Source of the DNA: the human T2T-CHM13v2.0 reference genome, Homo sapiens
Assembly: GCF_009914755.1 (NCBI RefSeq)
Contig: NC_060925.1
Strand: one strand, 5' to 3'
Length of the DNA stretch: 64,000 bases
In this document: one piece after another, positions 44,770-58,583 of the stretch
How the letters are laid out: each line of letters starts with the position of its first letter
Position numbering within the stretch: position 1 is the stretch's first letter
Position numbers and translations under genes: made by a program
The notes under the pieces: model-generated
Told to the model about the DNA's origin: nothing
The model's input: the letters and a program-made list of their open reading frames with translations, nothing else
Database searches by the model: none

Positions 44770-45300
44770 ATTAGATAATACATGTATGTGGCACAAAACA
44801 CAAAAGATACTGAAAAATACATAAATGAAAAGTCTTCCTCCTATCTTATCCCTGGCCACTCAGTTTATTTTCCCAAAGACAAGCACTAATACCCAGTGCA
44901 TAATTTCAGAGATACTCGATCAATAGACAAACATATATACACATGTTTACGGTCTAATTTTATTTTAACACAACAGAAGTATGCTTTATACTCGTCTGCA
45001 CCTAGTTTTTTTAACTTCTATTAATGCCCATATTGGGCTGTCTCATTCTTTCAGATGGATATAGAGATTCCACTGCATGAATGTAACTTTATTTAAGCAG
45101 ACTCCTTACGAATGCTCATTTAAAATGCTACAATGCTGCAATGAGTATACTTATCTATATATCATTCTGTGGTGCATCTGTACGTCTGTAGGATAAATTC
45201 TTAGAAATGAAATTGCTGAGTCCAAGTATAAGCGCATTTTAAATTTTGATAGATACTGATGTAAGAGGTTTCATCAATTTCATTTCCACCCCCATAACTT
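44770..45300 (-). mobile_element. L1ME-type 3' fragment (sense to AKT3)
   Basis: tctgtaggataaattcttagaaatgaaattgctgagtc...aattttgatagatactg is a reverse L1M 3' region. Confidence 0.6.
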
Positions 45301-45562
45301 AAATTATAATCTTTATGGGAATGGCTGCCAAAACTGCATCCACAGTTTTGACTCTTTATCCACTCTCCATCATAGTTCCACACATACATTACTTTAAAAG
45401 CTTACGAAAAACTGTTTCAAAACCAAATTTATAAGGTTAACATGTTCTTCATAATTGCACTGTATCTGCTAAGGCTCCCAAATTCCAACCAAAAATCACT
45501 TTTCATTGTACCTTTTTGTTTCTACCAAGATCTAATTAATTGGTCATTAAGATGTAACAATA

Positions 45563-45858
45563 TGGCCAGGTGTGATGGCTCACGTCTGTAATCCCAGCCC
45601 TGTGAAAGGCTGACGTGGGTGCATCACTTGAGGCCAACAGTTCAAGACCAGCCTAGGCAACATGGCAAAACCCTATCTCTACAAAAAAATACAGAAATTA
45701 GCCAGGCATGGTGATGCATGCCTGTAGTCCCAGTTACACAGGAGGCTGTGATGGGAGGATAGCTTAAGCTTAGGAGGTGGAAGTTGCAGTGAGCAGAGAT
45801 GGCACCACTACAATCCAGCCTGAATGACAGAGCCAGACCCCATCTCAAAAAAAAAAAA
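45563..45858 (+). mobile_element. Alu (AluJ-like)
   Basis: Alu consensus with A tail. Confidence 0.92.
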
Positions 45859-46272
45859 GATGTACCAATCCTACAGTTCCACAACATCCATTTTCTTCGT
45901 ATTTTCTCAGACATCTTACTGCAAGGGCCCAGTTCTGTATTCCTGGGTTATTATTATTTAATTATCTTGTCCTATCATCCACCAGTGATTCTGCCCATCC
46001 CATCCTCTCTGCCTGAAACAACTTCTTACATCAATTCCCTGGGTGAAATCTCATTAAGCCTACTCTAAGTGCTAGATCATCCATAAAGCATTTTCTTTTA
46101 TGACTTTATTAGAAGTTAGGTCTTTCACTATGCATTCTAATTTGTAATACACTAAGGGAAGTTATATACTCCTTCACAGCAAGGATAATATCTTAACACA
46201 TTTTCATAAACCCATACTGCCTAGGCACTCAAAATGTGTTTACCAAATTAATGAATTAAGTTTTGGGTTTTG

Positions 46273-46582
<310 letters not shown>

Positions 46583-46922
46583 TGAATGAAGTTTTGCAAC
46601 AAACGAATTCCTGCAAATCAGATAATTCTACAGGAAAAAAATTCCATAAAGGATATTTAATTATTTATTTTGGAAAATAAGAATATTTTAAGTTCATGAG
46701 ACACAAACAAGACCCTATTTAATAATTAAATTTATTTCAGAAAGCCCACAATAAAAATATTTCCAGTTAGCTTTTCCAGTAAATTTACTTTTCCCTCACA
46801 TTGACTGTGATCAAAACCAAGGAAGAGAAAGGAGAAGGAATAAAGGAATGAGTGAAATGTGCTAATAAAAATATTAAATTTATCTCCAAAATATTGTCAG
46901 TCTCTTAAATATAGTCATGGTA

Positions 46923-47220
46923 GGCCCGGCGTGGTGGCTCACGCCTGTAATCCCAGCACTTTGGGAGGCTGAGGCAGACGGATCACAAGGTCAGGAGATC
47001 GAGACCATCCTGGCCAACATGGTGAAACCCCATCTCTACTAAAAATACAAAAATTAGCTGGGTGTGGCGGTGCGCGCCTGTAGTCTCAACTACTCGGGGG
47101 GCTGAGGCAGGAGAATCGCTTGAACCCGGGAGGCAGAGGTGGTAGTAAGCTTAGATTGTGCTGCTGCACTCCAGCCTGACGACAGAGCGAAACTCCATCT
47201 CAAAAAAAAAAAAAAAAAAA
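46923..47220 (+). mobile_element. Alu (AluSc-like, CpG-rich)
   Basis: Alu consensus; TSD atatagtcat(g/a)gta at 46909-46922 and 47375-47388. Confidence 0.94.
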
Positions 47221-47221
47221 T

Positions 47222-47257
<36 letters not shown>

Positions 47258-47378
47258 TACACACATATATATACCCACCCATATATATACATATACATAT
47301 ATACATACATATATATACACATATACACATATATATACACCCTCATATATACATACACACACACATATATATATATAT
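47221..47378. repeat. Compound (TA)n/(CA)n microsatellite
   Basis: Directly visible, immediately after the Alu A tail. Confidence 0.92.
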
Positions 47379-47834
47379 AGTCATAGTACTCTACTATAAA
47401 GAAGAGAAAACTCAGCCATAATGTGCCCATGGACTATTGTTCCACTGAGTTTAGAATGGGTAAAATAACTTTTGACCATGTTCACAGCCTACTTGAAAAG
47501 AAACTTTGTGAAACAATAAATCTTGTATTTCTGGTTTTCAAAATTTAATAACATGATTTCAAAAATCATACTTCTGTTAAAACTTTTTACATTTAAAAAC
47601 ACAGGAAAAAGAAGAATATGATTATGCTTTCCAACATATAAATGTAGTTATATAAAAACAATCATTACATCTCATCAGAAATAATTTCGCTCCCATTTGT
47701 TCAATAGTATTAAGAGCTACATAAATTCCTATCAAGAAATGGAGAACTGCTATATTGTAACTTGTATTTTAAGTAATGTTTTTAAAATAATGAAAATACT
47801 ACCATGCAAATACTGGATTTACTTCTTGACTCAC

Positions 47835-47903
47835 CTCGCCCCCATTAACATATTCCATCACAAAACACAAACGGTCTTTTGTCTGGAAGGAATATTTCAA
47901 GGA
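47835..47903 (-). CDS. AKT3: AKT3 internal coding exon (69 nt, phase 0/0): [23 protein letters not shown], about aa 210-232, gatekeeper/hinge
   Basis: Translation matches AKT3, including the isoform-specific TKDRL...YVNGGE. Acceptor TTTTTTTTATTTCAAG; donor GAG|GTGAGT. Follows in frame from the 49260 exon across a 1356-nt intron. Confidence 0.97.
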
Positions 47904-49259
47904 CTTGAAATAAAAAAAAGAAAAAATGTTACATTATAATCCTGTATTCTTATAATTATAATAGTACTAAAAATAGAACACATAGAAATAGTAAGCATGA
48001 AAGATGAAAAGAATTGTTATTGTTTAAGAGTTTATTTACTACTTAAAAGTGCTTAAGAGTTTATGAGAAACATAAAACAAATGTTTAGTTCACAATAGGT
48101 ATTATTACAAGAAAAACTAAAATTAAAATTTCAAGTAAAAGTAAACTTAATTGCAACAAGCACTTCTCAATCTAATTTGCCATTGATTTGAAGCTGCATT
48201 AGTACTCAAGGTTCTCATCCATGCAACCTCACAGCGTGGCCAACAAATTACACTAGTTGAAGTTCCTTAGGAATGTAGCTACGGTTGTTACACTCAGGTT
48301 TCTAATACAATGACAACATCACTTTTTGCATATTGAGTGCACAACAGAACCCAACCCAACAGAGTTGGTTTATATAATTTTGTAGGTTATATATAGGTTA
48401 TTAAAAAATACCCAAATGCTATCTTATTACACTAGACAATAAACACACCAAAAAAGGTAGCAAAGTAAGTCTAGGTATCTACTGACAGCTCTGAAAATGT
48501 CTATTTCAGATATTCCAAACAGTGTAAAGGGTTCCACTTTGGAAAGTCTAGCTATTATTTTTCATCTCAATATAGTTCATTGGAACCAAGAAAATACAGA
48601 AACTTTACCAATTATCCCTATATTACAAGGAATCTAAGAACAGAACTAAAAAATCCAGTTTCTTTCAAGACAACTAAGTTGTAGGCATACCATATAATCA
48701 GTTTATACTTTGTCTAGTGAAAAAAACGTAGCATGGCTTATCCCACCTCTAATGTATTTAGCATTCCCATATTTCTTAAAGTACTCTATCCCTCAAAGAA
48801 GTCTCATTTCTATAAAATATATTCGATAAACATTTCTGCCTTCCATATTTGAAGAAATGCTTCTGATCATTAAGATATTTATCAGAAGCCAATAAAACAA
48901 ACATAAAATCTTTACATTTAAGAAATTTTTAAAAATCAGCCATTTCCTCAATAGTCTCCTTAAAATGCCAGAGGTAATGTATTAACTCTATGGTTTGTTT
49001 TTGTTTTTAATGGCAAGAGATTCATGGGAGAAAAAAAATTCTCAAAAAAGTAATAAATGCATAATGGGAGGAATTATCAATGCATACACACTGTAAAAAT
49101 CCATACATTCTAATAAGTTATAAGAAATTTGACTTACGTTCTTTCCACAAAGAAAATGAGATATCTAAATGAATAGTATTTTTCACAATTTAATTTCTAA
49201 CATAAAATTCCTTAAATTTCAAATGTTACGATTATAACATCTGTCCTCTAGTCACTTAC

Positions 49260-49325
49260 TGTTAAAAAGGGATGTCTAGTGTTCTTTAATACTCTGCTTT
49301 CAGTTAGAGTGTGTGCCACTTCATC
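49260..49325 (-). CDS. AKT3: AKT3 internal coding exon (66 nt, phase 0/0): DEVAHTLTESRVLKNTRHPFLT, about aa 188-209, kinase alphaC helix
   Basis: Minus-strand translation matches the AKT3 kinase N-lobe. Acceptor: pyrimidine tract + TAG (plus-strand ct at 49326-49327). Donor: ACA|GTAAGT (plus-strand ac at 49258-49259). Confidence 0.97.
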
Positions 49326-49904
49326 CTACAAAAGAAAAAAAGCAAACCTTCAATATATGTTTTGAGCACTGATAATAATAATTTCACTATTTCTCTAAAA
49401 TTGGAAGAGGTTAAGCCCAGAGATTGAAAAGGATTTTAAAACACAGTGGCATGCTTCCTTTACCACTCAGCATTCTCTCCACCAAAATACAAAAAAACTC
49501 AAATTAATGATTTAATTCAGATGATTGTATAAGTTCATATAAATTCACTCATACTTAATCAAAGTATATCAATAATGATACAAAAATCAGTCAGAAAATT
49601 ATCAGGGACACAGAAAATTAAATATTGAGCTTTCCTCCTTGAAGGGAACAATTTATCAACTAATATTTCTGCATGAGGTAATTTAATATCTCCATGTTTG
49701 TAATACATTTTATTCAGGGGGATGAAAGGATATATTTCCCAATAAATATCAAAGAATTTAAAAGTCTCCTACTTTAAATAAATTAGTTATTAGAACACAG
49801 AATACACATGCAATATTTAGTTCTAAATTACACATTTTAGAAATAGAAAGGAACAGAGTATAAAAATATATACCTTTCTGCTTGTGGCTTTTTAATTTGC
49901 GTCT

Positions 49905-50185
49905 TAATTTTTAAAGCCAAGTTCTTGCTCTGTTGCCCAGGATAGAGTACAGTGGTACAATCACAGCTCACTGTAACCTTGAACTCCTGGACTCAAGCAT
50001 TACTCCTGCCTCAGCCTCCTGAGTAGCTGGGATTACAGATGTGAGGCACCATGCCCAGCCTTATATGCTTCCTTATTTATTTTTTTAGAGATAGGGTCTT
50101 GCTATGTTGCCGAGGCTGAGCTCAAACTCCTGAGGATCAAGGAATCCTCCCGCTTCAGACTCCCAAGTAGCAGAGACTACAGGTT
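49905..50185 (-). mobile_element. Old Alu (AluJo or FRAM+FLAM)
   Basis: Reverse right arm followed by left arm. Confidence 0.82.
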
Positions 50186-50441
50186 GTTTTTTTTCCTTTG
50201 GTTGGGGGCGTGGGTGTTACACATTTTTTTTTATTTCAATAGGTTTTTGGGGAGCAGGTGGTGTTACATGAATAAGTTCTTTAGTGGTGATTTCTGAGAT
50301 TTTGGTGCACCCATCACCTGAGAAGCATATGCTGTACCCAATGTGTAGTCTTTTATGCCTCACCCTGCTTCCATCCTTTCCCCCAACTCCCCAAAGTCCA
50401 CTGTATCCTTCTTTTGCTTTTTTGTCCTCATAGCTTAGCTC
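50186..50441 (-). mobile_element. L1PB-type 3'-end insertion (256 nt) inside the old Alu
   Basis: Reverse L1PB 3' UTR (ataagttctttagtggtgatttctgagattttggtgcacccatcacc). Perfect 15-bp TSD cagagactacaggtt at 50171-50185 and 50442-50456. Confidence 0.88.
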
Positions 50442-50467
50442 CAGAGACTACAGGTTTAATGTGCTTT

Positions 50468-50502
<35 letters not shown>

Positions 50503-53387
50503 CACAACCCTCCTACTGTAGGTGATCATTTTAAAATGTAAGTATATTTCAAACCAAAAATAAACTAAGAATGTTTTCCCCAACTTTGGGCATAAATCTC
50601 ATATTGATATCAAAAGCAAACTAGTGTTTTCTTCAACATATGGAGAACTGGAGATAATGTTTCATATTTCAAAAGTAACACTATCTTAAAGAAGAAACGA
50701 AAGGAAGACAACTGCTGAAACGAACACAGCATCTCTGTTCTTCACTTCTGGCAAGATCTTAAATAAAGCCCTTGCTGAATCAATTTCTTAACACTGTCAG
50801 AAAATCAAAATTAGATGGAAGAAAGACATGAAAAGCAAAACATCAGGACACTGCATTATATTTGTTATCTTTATAAAAATATTTGACCTTAAACTCGAAA
50901 GATAATGATAACTAGATTAATCAAAGAAGCTAAGATCCCACAACCATTCAAAGAAGGTAAGATCAATTGTGTCTGAACAGAAAGTATAATTAACAACGAG
51001 TGAAGGAAAGCATAAACATGAAATCATCTCAGTCTTATTTGTTTTATAGGAGTCAGTTTTAAGTGCTCAATTTGAAAGCCAATGTCATATCGTACTATAG
51101 TTCCTAAGTTAATTAGAATAGCAAACATTGTAAAACAAAATAAATCAGAAGCAGAAATGACACCAGAACTTACTGATTTCCATATACACTGTGCCTAACA
51201 TAATGGTAAGCATACAGCAGATACCTAATAAATGTCTATTGAACTGAATTGTGTATCATAGGAAAGAATTCCAAGATGTCAAGTGTGCAAGAGTTCATTC
51301 ATCCATCCACCCACCCACCCACCCACCGACTTCTTCAACACATATGCAACAAGTATCTTCTGGGTATTCGTCTGCACATCAGAGACAGGACACTGAACAA
51401 ATAGACAAAATTCTCTGCTCTCATGGAGCTTTAGTTCTACTTACATGGTGATCAGTGTTAATGGGAAAAACCAGAGAAGGGGATACTACAGTTAATGAGC
51501 ATCACAGAGGGAATATGAAATACATAATTAAGCATTATACAAGTGGCTATTTTGTGATATACTGAACCAAGTCCATTCACTTAAAAAAAAAACTGCTGAT
51601 GTGCACTCACTAATTGGTAAGAACAGTGCTGGTATAAGGTAACTTAATAAAAAAAATAAGATCCCATTGCTCACAGAGTTCATAGGCTAGTGGAAAACAC
51701 AAACAAGTAAATTATCCAACTTAAATAATTACTCTTTCTGATAAGTGATATTAAGGAAAAAGTGGAGGTTATCCACTATTGTCAACGGGGCTGTAAGGGA
51801 GAACCAATGCTATTGGTAGAGTGTAAGTTGGGTATTGTGATGGTGTGGGACATAGAGAAAGTGATGGGGTGGGGGTGACATGTTTGTGAAAGTCTACTCA
51901 CGTTCTTCTAAGAAGGATCAATTAGGAAAGCATTACATAACCCCAAGAGAGAAGTGAGGATGGCTTGGACTACTATGGTGGCAGCGGAAAAAGAAAAAGG
52001 GGATAGTTCTGAGATATAAAGTTAACAGTGCTAATATAAAAGTTACATGCCTCCAACATGAGAGTGAATCACAGACATTTTTATAGGCAGTTCAGAAAGA
52101 AATTCACAGAAGATAACATCTACCTGTTGTGGTTTAAGATGTTAAGTGATCTGGGTCAAGAAATTAGGAAAAGACTAGAGAAAAGTATGTATGAAATTTA
52201 TTTAGAAATAGAAAAGATATTCTAGTGCTTTGAATATTTTCAGTGGGGTATTACATTCTATTTTGTTAAAACAGGCTTATCACGCATAATAGTTATTTTT
52301 CTAAATCACTTAGTAACTTTCATGAGGGAAGACTTTTCTACCCCCTAAATTTGTAATCTGACCACATCCAAGGAACCAAGTAAAGACGTATGGAGGCAAA
52401 AGCAAAAACAGTATTTGTTATGAGAATGGAACTGGAATGAACACCATGTACATACCAAAATGTATTTTCTAACATATTTTACAGCTGATCAGATTAGAAT
52501 TTCTTCCCATTAATGCATATTTAATGGTACTGTATTTCACATACTAATTAGTTTCTGCTATGAAGATAAGGTATGCGCAAGCTAAAAAGTAAACACAGAT
52601 GCTAATAATTTTTAATTACAGTTAAAAGCAACATGTCAAAACAAAAAGTTAAAAATAACAGTAGTAAAACAGTGACTAAAACAATGTGATGCCTTTTAAA
52701 AAATCCATTTGTTGATCATAATTATGAAGAGTTCTAGAAATGCTTGGGGATACAATGTATTTTTTTCATGGAAAAGCTTTTGAAATACAAATTTACATAT
52801 ATTTATCCATGGTAAAATAGTAAATAATGAACTTTTAAATCTAATTTCTTTCATAGAAGAATTAGGGGGAATGGGATTTTATTTCTTCAGGCAGAAGAAT
52901 AGTCTTTTTAATATTTTATTTTCCCAATCCTCTCCAATTTATCATTCACCCTCTACTACACACGATCTAAAGTTCTCCTTTCATTTGACCCTCTCGATGT
53001 TTTGTGGTAATTAGGTTATTTGAGGGAATGAGGTGTAGGAGAGGGCAAACAAGAGAAAAAGAAAATTTCTACCCTTAATGATCAAGAACACCATGAGTGT
53101 CATCTCCTTTAATCCCTGCACCAACTGATCCCACATCTAAGTTCAATAGTAAAGGTCATTTCTACTTCACAAAACTGCCTCCCATCTTCAAACAACCTAC
53201 TATCTACTTCACTAGGTACTCTGCTCACATTATTTTCTCCAAATTGACCACAAGTCTAGTTGAAATCAAGACACATTCCGTCTAAACCATTTCCTCCATC
53301 CACCCAGAGCTATAAATGAGACCTAGAGGAAGACACGAATCAGGTGGGAGAAACGGGAAGAGGGTAGAGAAATGTTACTTTGGCACA

Positions 53388-53604
53388 TGTTTTTTCGATA
53401 CATAATAGTTGTATACATTTTCGGGGTACATGTGTTGTTTTGACACATTCCATATGTGTAATGACCAAATTAGGGTAATGGGGATATTCATCACCTCCAA
53501 CCTTTAACTTTTCTTTATGCTGGAGACATTCAAATTCTTCTCTTCCAGCTATTTTAAAATACACAGTAGGTGGTTGTTAACTATAGTCGCCCTACTGAAC
53601 TATC
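53388..53604 (-). mobile_element. L1MA-type 3' end fragment
   Basis: gatacataatagttgtatacattttcggggtacatgtg...ttaactatagtcgccctactg is a reverse L1MA 3' UTR. Confidence 0.75.
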
Positions 53605-53759
53605 TAAAGTATACATTGCTAACATATGGTTACCAGTGATTATTATTTACTTTTCCACTGTCTCAACAAGCCATATGTATACTTTTTTTTTTCCTGCCAG
53701 AGTGTCACACTTATCAAGCTCTAAATTTTGGGTTCTAACTTTTGTTTCTTGAAAACTTG

Positions 53760-54200
53760 AGCACTGGCCCAGATAATGACTTCTAATACTTCTTCCATTC
53801 TCCAGCTGTCAGACTGTCTTCTGTTCCTTGATTTCTATTCCTTTTTTTGAAGATTTCTCACCTTGATGGAGATGAAAGCACCGTTGTTCTCTGTTAACTA
53901 CAAACATTATTGCGCCTTTCTCGAGTATTGTGTTTGATACTTTGTTCTTGATGCTCCAGTTCCAAATATTCCTTAGATGAAGGCCAAATGAACTCCTTTG
54001 ACTTCCATCATGATATAATCACTTTGGACTCCAGTCTTTCTTCTGCCTCTCTCATACGCGGTATTGGGACAAGTTCATCTCTACCCTCTTAACTCTATAT
54101 TTCACATCTAAAGATAAATTTACACAAACATATTGACTAACACCATTGGAATCTCCCTAAAAACTCAGCTGAATCTTCTGAGGCCTCTTTCATCCATCGC
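53760..54200 (-). mobile_element. Possible ancient RTE-clade LINE remnant (L4/MamRTE-like)
   Basis: Minus-strand frame at about 54000-53880 reads FGLHLRNIWNWSIKNKVSNTILEK, loosely like the RTE motif FHxRCLRxILxIxWQDKVSNTEVLER. Weak match. Confidence 0.3.
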
Positions 54201-54439
54201 TACTTAGGTCACTCTTCAATTTCTCAGGATGGTTGTTTCAAATCTTTCCCAGGCCTTCTTCCTTGCCTGGTAGGTATACTTAAATGTACACACTAACCCT
54301 TACCTAGTCAAGCTACTAAGCTAAGACTAGAACCCAGGTCTGTGCTGACTTCCAAGCACAGGAGCTTTTCATTTATTTGTCTCTCTTTATCTCAGCCTCA
54401 CTCGTTCACACTTTCAAAATGCGATCTTACTTCCTACTC

Positions 54440-55755
54440 AGAAGAGAAGCCATAAACGTAACATTTAACACATTTGATCACTCCTTCCTCCTGAAAACGT
54501 GTTCTTCTTTTGGGTCCCAGGACATCCTAATCTCTTCATCTTCCTCCTCTTCAGTGGTTGTCTTTCCGCAGTCTCATTTGCTGCTTCCTTTGCTCTGAAA
54601 CCCTTATTCTGTAAGCATCTCCAGGACTCAGTCCTCAGAATTCTCTTCACTGGGTACACTCTTCCTTTGGTGAACTCATTCAGACTATGGCTCTAATACA
54701 GGATATATGCTGACAGACTTCCAAATTTATACCTCAAATCTAGACTTCTTTCCTAAACTTAAAAAATGCCTATTTGGCATGGATGTATAATCAGTGACAT
54801 AAACTGGAGTATCTAACAAAAATAGCAAATTTGACATATCTAAAACCTAATTCCAAATCTCCCCTTGAAAAGTTTCTCCTGCAGTCAACTTCAATGTAGT
54901 GAATGGCAATACCATGCTTTCAGTTGCTTAGACCAAACATCTTAACAATGATCTCCAACTCCTTTTTTTTCCCACTCATACTCTACATTCAATCTGTCAA
55001 GCAATCCTGTTGGTTCTTCATCAAAATACACCCAAGGTCTCATTATCATCACTACCTCCATTGCTACTACCCTAGTACAAGCCACTATCATCAATTATCT
55101 AGATTACTGCTGCAATTAGCAAACTATCTGCTTCCAATCCACAGTCTATTGTCAACACTGCAGCCAAAGTGATACTGAAAACTAGACTGTGTAACTACAC
55201 GGCATAAAAATTTCCAAAGGCTTCCCACTTCATTCACAGTAAAAGCCAATATCCTTACAAACATCCTACACCATTCTTGTTCCACACCATGCTAGACTCC
55301 TAGCTATTCAAAGAATGTGTTAGAATGTGCTAAGTAAGCTCCCTCCTCAGGGCCTTCTCAATTGCTATTTCCCCTTGCTGGAACATTCTTCCTTCAAAAT
55401 ATCTAAAGGACTTGCTTCCTGATCTCCTTCAAATGCTTGCTGAAATTTCACCTTTCAGTGAGGCCTTCCATAGTCATGCTATTTAAAACTGCATTAAGTC
55501 CCCAAAATCGCTACCATCATTATTCCTTATTTCCCTACTCCACTTTTCTCTGTAAGTATGGATTAGTTTATTACATACTCTATGGTTTATTTATTATGTG
55601 TATTATTTATTCTCTAATTGCTGACTTGAATAAAATTTCCCAAAGGAGAGGAGTTTGTCAGTTTTATTCGTTCAAATGGTCCCAGTGCCTAGAGCAGTAC
55701 CTAGCAAATAATTAGGTGTTCGACATATATTTATTGAAATAATGAGTGAATGAAC
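54440..55755 (+). mobile_element. L2a fragment (3' region)
   Basis: tgatcactccttcctcctgaaaac, atcctgttggttc, cagtgcctagagcagtacctagc and the 3' end tatttattgaaataatgagtgaatgaa. Confidence 0.75.
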
Positions 55756-56101
55756 TAGTAAATAACGAATAACCTTGGTGCATGCTGCTGAAGAATAGAA
55801 GCTACACGAACTACATGAAATAACTCTAGAACATAAATCACTGAAATCATACTCCCAATAGAACAATGACAGTTGATGAAGGTATAGCAGATCAAACCAT
55901 TATCTGCTTCCTACAATAAACCACAATCGTTGATGCAATGTTTAATACAGAGGTTCAAAAGAATATGAAAGAAGAGAACAAAGTAACTGGCTGATCACGT
56001 TAAGAGATTTCAGTTAAGATCCACCAGTAAGAACTTAAGAGTCCAAGGAAAAAGAGATGCCAGTAATCAAGCAAACGCATTGGGTTATTTTAATGGACTT
56101 A

Positions 56102-57245
56102 CGTGCAGAAAAAGGGTAACACATCAGGCCTGGGTTGCCCAAACTCTACACATTCCCAAAAAAGTCAGTCTTCAGAACTGGCGCCCTTGGCCAACTCCTG
56201 GGAAATGAATTCTGAGCCTCTGAAATATTCTGCCTGGTCAGAGTATTTTTGTATGCTGGAGATCTTGGGCCACATGGTACCAGTTTGACTAGATAGTTTA
56301 TGCAAACAACAGGATGCATGATTAATACTTCGTGCCTGATTTTGCTCTGAGAGGTTGGAATCTGAGCATCTCAGGGCAGTCATGAAGGTACTGCTTGCCT
56401 ATGTGACTGACTTCCAATAAAAACCCTGGACACCAAGGCTCAGGTAAGCTTCTTTAGTTGACAACACTTCACTACTGGGAGAATTAAAATTAACCATCAC
56501 AGATGCACTTATGTGTCAACTTGACTGGATTAAGGAATACCTAGAGAACTGGTAAAGCATTACTAATAGCTGTTTCTGTGTTTCCAGAGGAGACTGGAAT
56601 GTGAATTGATGGACTGAGTGAGAAATATTCACCCACAATGTGAGCAGACACCATCCAATCAACTAAGAGCCCAAATAGGACCCAAAAAAGCAAAGAAAAG
56701 GCACTCTCCTGGAATGGGGACACTCCTCTTCTCCTGTCCTTGGACATCAGAACTCTAGGCTCTCTGACATTTGGACTCCAGGCTTTATACCAGCAACTCC
56801 CTAGTTTCCCACCAAAACCCAGGTTCCTGGCCCTTAGCCTCAGACTAAGAATTACACCATCAGCTTCCCAGGGAACTTGGACGGAGATACGTTACCAGCA
56901 TCCCAAGGTCTCCAGCTTCCAGATGGCCTGTCTTGGGAATTTTCAACCTCCATAATCACATGAGCCAATTTCCCAGTGAATTCTCTCTCATATATGTATA
57001 TGTATCCGATTGTGTCTGTCTCTCTGGAGATCCTTGATTTCACCACATCATCCATGTGACTCCACTGGAAGAAGATACCTTAAAGCTTGCACTTGGTTTC
57101 TCCAGGATTTTGCTCTATGTGGTTTTCCCTTTGCTGATTTTAATCTGTACTTTTCACTATCATAAACAATAACCATGAGTCTTTTCTGAGTCTTGTGAGT
57201 CATGACTCACTGAGCCTGAGAGTGGTCTTAGGGACAGCTGACACA
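56102..57245 (+). mobile_element. MER21/MER77-like ERVL-class 5' LTR, interrupted by MLT2
   Basis: Start gtgcagaaaaagggtaacac..caggcctg; ccaataaaaaccctggacaccaaggctcagg; end gtggtcttagggacagctgacaca, followed by a degenerate PBS-like gttgccatcataagtaggact. Confidence 0.75.
56497..57047 (+). mobile_element. MLT2 (HERV-L) solo LTR
   Basis: tatgtgtcaacttgactggattaaggaatacctagag...ctccataatcacatgagccaattt...tctgtctctctggaga. Confidence 0.82.
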
Positions 57246-57525
57246 GTTGCCATCATAAGTAGGACTCATTAAAGCATGGCAAAAACATTGTTTCAAAAAA
57301 GGAAGAATGACAGGGCAGACAATGACAAACTCTGATGCCTAAATGGGTATACAGTCACCAATGGCATGAGACGGCAGCTGTACTGTGCTGTTACTACATA
57401 TAGAAGTTGTCAATGGAATTTAGAAATGACAGACCAAAATCTCAAGGACTTAGATCACTGGATACATAAAGAAATGCAAAATGATGAGAAACAAGCTAAA
57501 TACACAATCCACTGGTAACGTGTAC

Positions 57526-58583
<1,058 letters not shown>

